A model generated the notes under the pieces. It searched no databases, was not told the DNA's origin, and saw only the letters and a program-made list of their open reading frames with translations. A program made the translations under genes and the position numbers. Positions 62,655-64,000 of a stretch of 64,000 nt of DNA are shown in pieces. Within the stretch, counting starts at the first letter, position 1; each line of letters begins with the position of its first letter. This DNA is from Cirrosporium novae-zelandiae (taxonomy: Eukaryota), in contig JAPETS010000009.1 in NCBI GenBank assembly GCA_026023565.1, positions 1 through 64,000 of the forward strand. The letters are read 5' to 3'.

Positions 62655-63524
62655 TCATCTCAATGCAGGAAAATAGTTTTGCTTGATGAATCCCTTCTTA
62701 TTCTTCTTTGTCTTAGTTCCAGGCTTCTCACGAAGCCCAAACATGACCCATTGCCCTGGCCTATGTCCAAAACGAGCGTGAGTATCCTCAGCTGTAGGTA
62801 CATGTGAAGATCGTTTGGTGAAGCGGCGGAAGAACTCATTGAGAATACTAGTCCTGGTTCTCTTGATCTCGGTGGATCCAGATGAGGTTGATGGTAAGGA
62901 TTCACAAGTATTGTCGATGATTTTGGTTGAGATGGCGGATTGAATATGAAGAAGAGATTTGGCCGTAGGTTCTAATGCTGGGAGATAAAGGCTGGTCCAG
63001 GGGTTTTGATGAAGTTCGTCGTAGATGCTGCTTAGTGTAGGGAGGTTAGTGATGGTAAGCGTGGCTGTCTCGATTGAAGAGGGAGCGAGACACGTTGAAT
63101 CAGAGCTTGATGAGGTCGAGGACTCGGAAGAGATACTTTCAGTCGATGATCCAATCGTAAGATTCTTTTCCGTGACCTTTGAAGAGCAGACGGATATGGA
63201 CCTAGAAAGCATCCCTCGAATAGGCGCGCAGATATCTTGCCAGACGTCAATATCATAGAAACTTGGAGGTGCAAGTGTCTCTAGGAACGAGCACCTGTAG
63301 CCTCCTGATAGGACCTCTTTTGCATGTTCCTCGAGAGGATTATCTATTTCCTTCCAACTGCAAAGGATCAATCCGCATTTTGGACATTTGGCGCCATCGT
63401 CACATACATGAGACCAATGAATAAACCCAGCGACAGCCATAGATTCCCTGGCTGGTTCTCTGTGAGGCCATTGGGAGAAGGTTGAGAGGCGTAGTTTGTA
63501 GTGTATGAAATCGATACTTTCCAT
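62655..63524 (-). CDS. Single BIR (IAP repeat) domain protein
   Basis: ATG 63524. RLSTFSQWPH..MAVAGF..DDGAKCPKCGLILCSWKEIDNPLEEH..CSFL, then a Ser/Thr-rich region and a basic C-terminus. Intronless. Confidence 0.82.
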   Translation of the reverse strand: MESIDFIHYKLRLSTFSQWPHREPARESMAVAGFIHWSHVCDDGAKCPKCGLILCSWKEIDNPLEEHAKEVLSGGYRCSFLETLAPPSFYDIDVWQDICAPIRGMLSRSISVCSSKVTEKNLTIGSSTESISSESSTSSSSDSTCLAPSSIETATLTITNLPTLSSIYDELHQNPWTSLYLPALEPTAKSLLHIQSAISTKIIDNTCESLPSTSSGSTEIKRTRTSILNEFFRRFTKRSSHVPTAEDTHARFGHRPGQWVMFGLREKPGTKTKKNKKGFIKQNYFPALR

Positions 63525-64000
63525 GCCGTAACGTTGACACACGGTATATAAGGTTGGTTGGACGCGTAGAGGGTGCCTCGAGCTTGATAGTGGCTAGTTA
63601 TATAGTCAGCTTTCCTGTTGAAAATATAAGACAGGTTGAATAAATACCTTGAAAGAATTGCCAAGATCGAATAGCAGAACTGCCTATACGGTCTCATGCA
63701 GGAGTGGTGTCTTGAGCTCAAAGTTTTCTGACAGTTGATTCTTTATGGATGCCATCTGAAGGAACTTGAAGACACTTAGGTCCTGAGACTGTCGTGTCAG
63801 GTTCCCATTGACAGTGGGCCTAGTAAAGCGTATGCCGAGAGCAGTGGCCAACACAACGGTCTTTGTTCTATAGGGTCACTCATAGCCTTTGCGTTAGCTA
63901 CTAGATTAGCACAAATAACGGTTATGATTGCGATATTTTAATCTTTTACTGTCAGTTGGAGTGTTGGCAATGGTCACAATGAGCAAGCGGGCCATAGACA

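Noticed and set aside
1..64000. Numerous 60-150 aa ORFs in the supplied track
   Set aside because: Antisense or alternate-frame shadows of real exons, GTG/TTG starts not normally used in fungi, or translations of microsatellites.

Overview
Eukaryotic DNA from a filamentous ascomycete (Pezizomycotina-like): short GT-AG introns with CTRAC branch points and typical fungal gene families. Most short ORFs in the supplied track (GTG/TTG starts, antisense frames) are artefacts. About 19 intact protein genes, 2 clear pseudogenes, 1 possible gene remnant and an intron-containing tRNA-Asp(GTC) are supported. There are two compact sugar-utilisation clusters. At the left end: an MFS transporter, an intracellular GH127 beta-L-arabinofuranosidase and a C2H2 + Zn2Cys6 double-finger transcription factor. 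At the right end: a GH3/PA14 beta-glucosidase, a bacterial-type GH35 and a lactose/cellodextrin-type permease, with CreA-like and CGG-N8-CCG motifs. Between them lie an AT-hook protein, a Thr-rich secreted protein, a GH5 mannanase, a GH72 glucanosyltransferase, an ~8.8 kb gene-free stretch, a pseudokinase, an aromatic aldehyde dehydrogenase, a Gal80-like oxidoreductase and a GFA protein. A tRNA-adjacent accessory patch holds a DUF6601-like gene, a SesB-lipase/ankyrin gene with three G>A-compatible lesions and a frameshifted kinase. A single-BIR protein closes the window. A repeating C-rich to G-rich skew switch overprints several genes regardless of strand. No transposase, integrase or CRISPR array was found. 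All family assignments come from motif recognition, not database searches.
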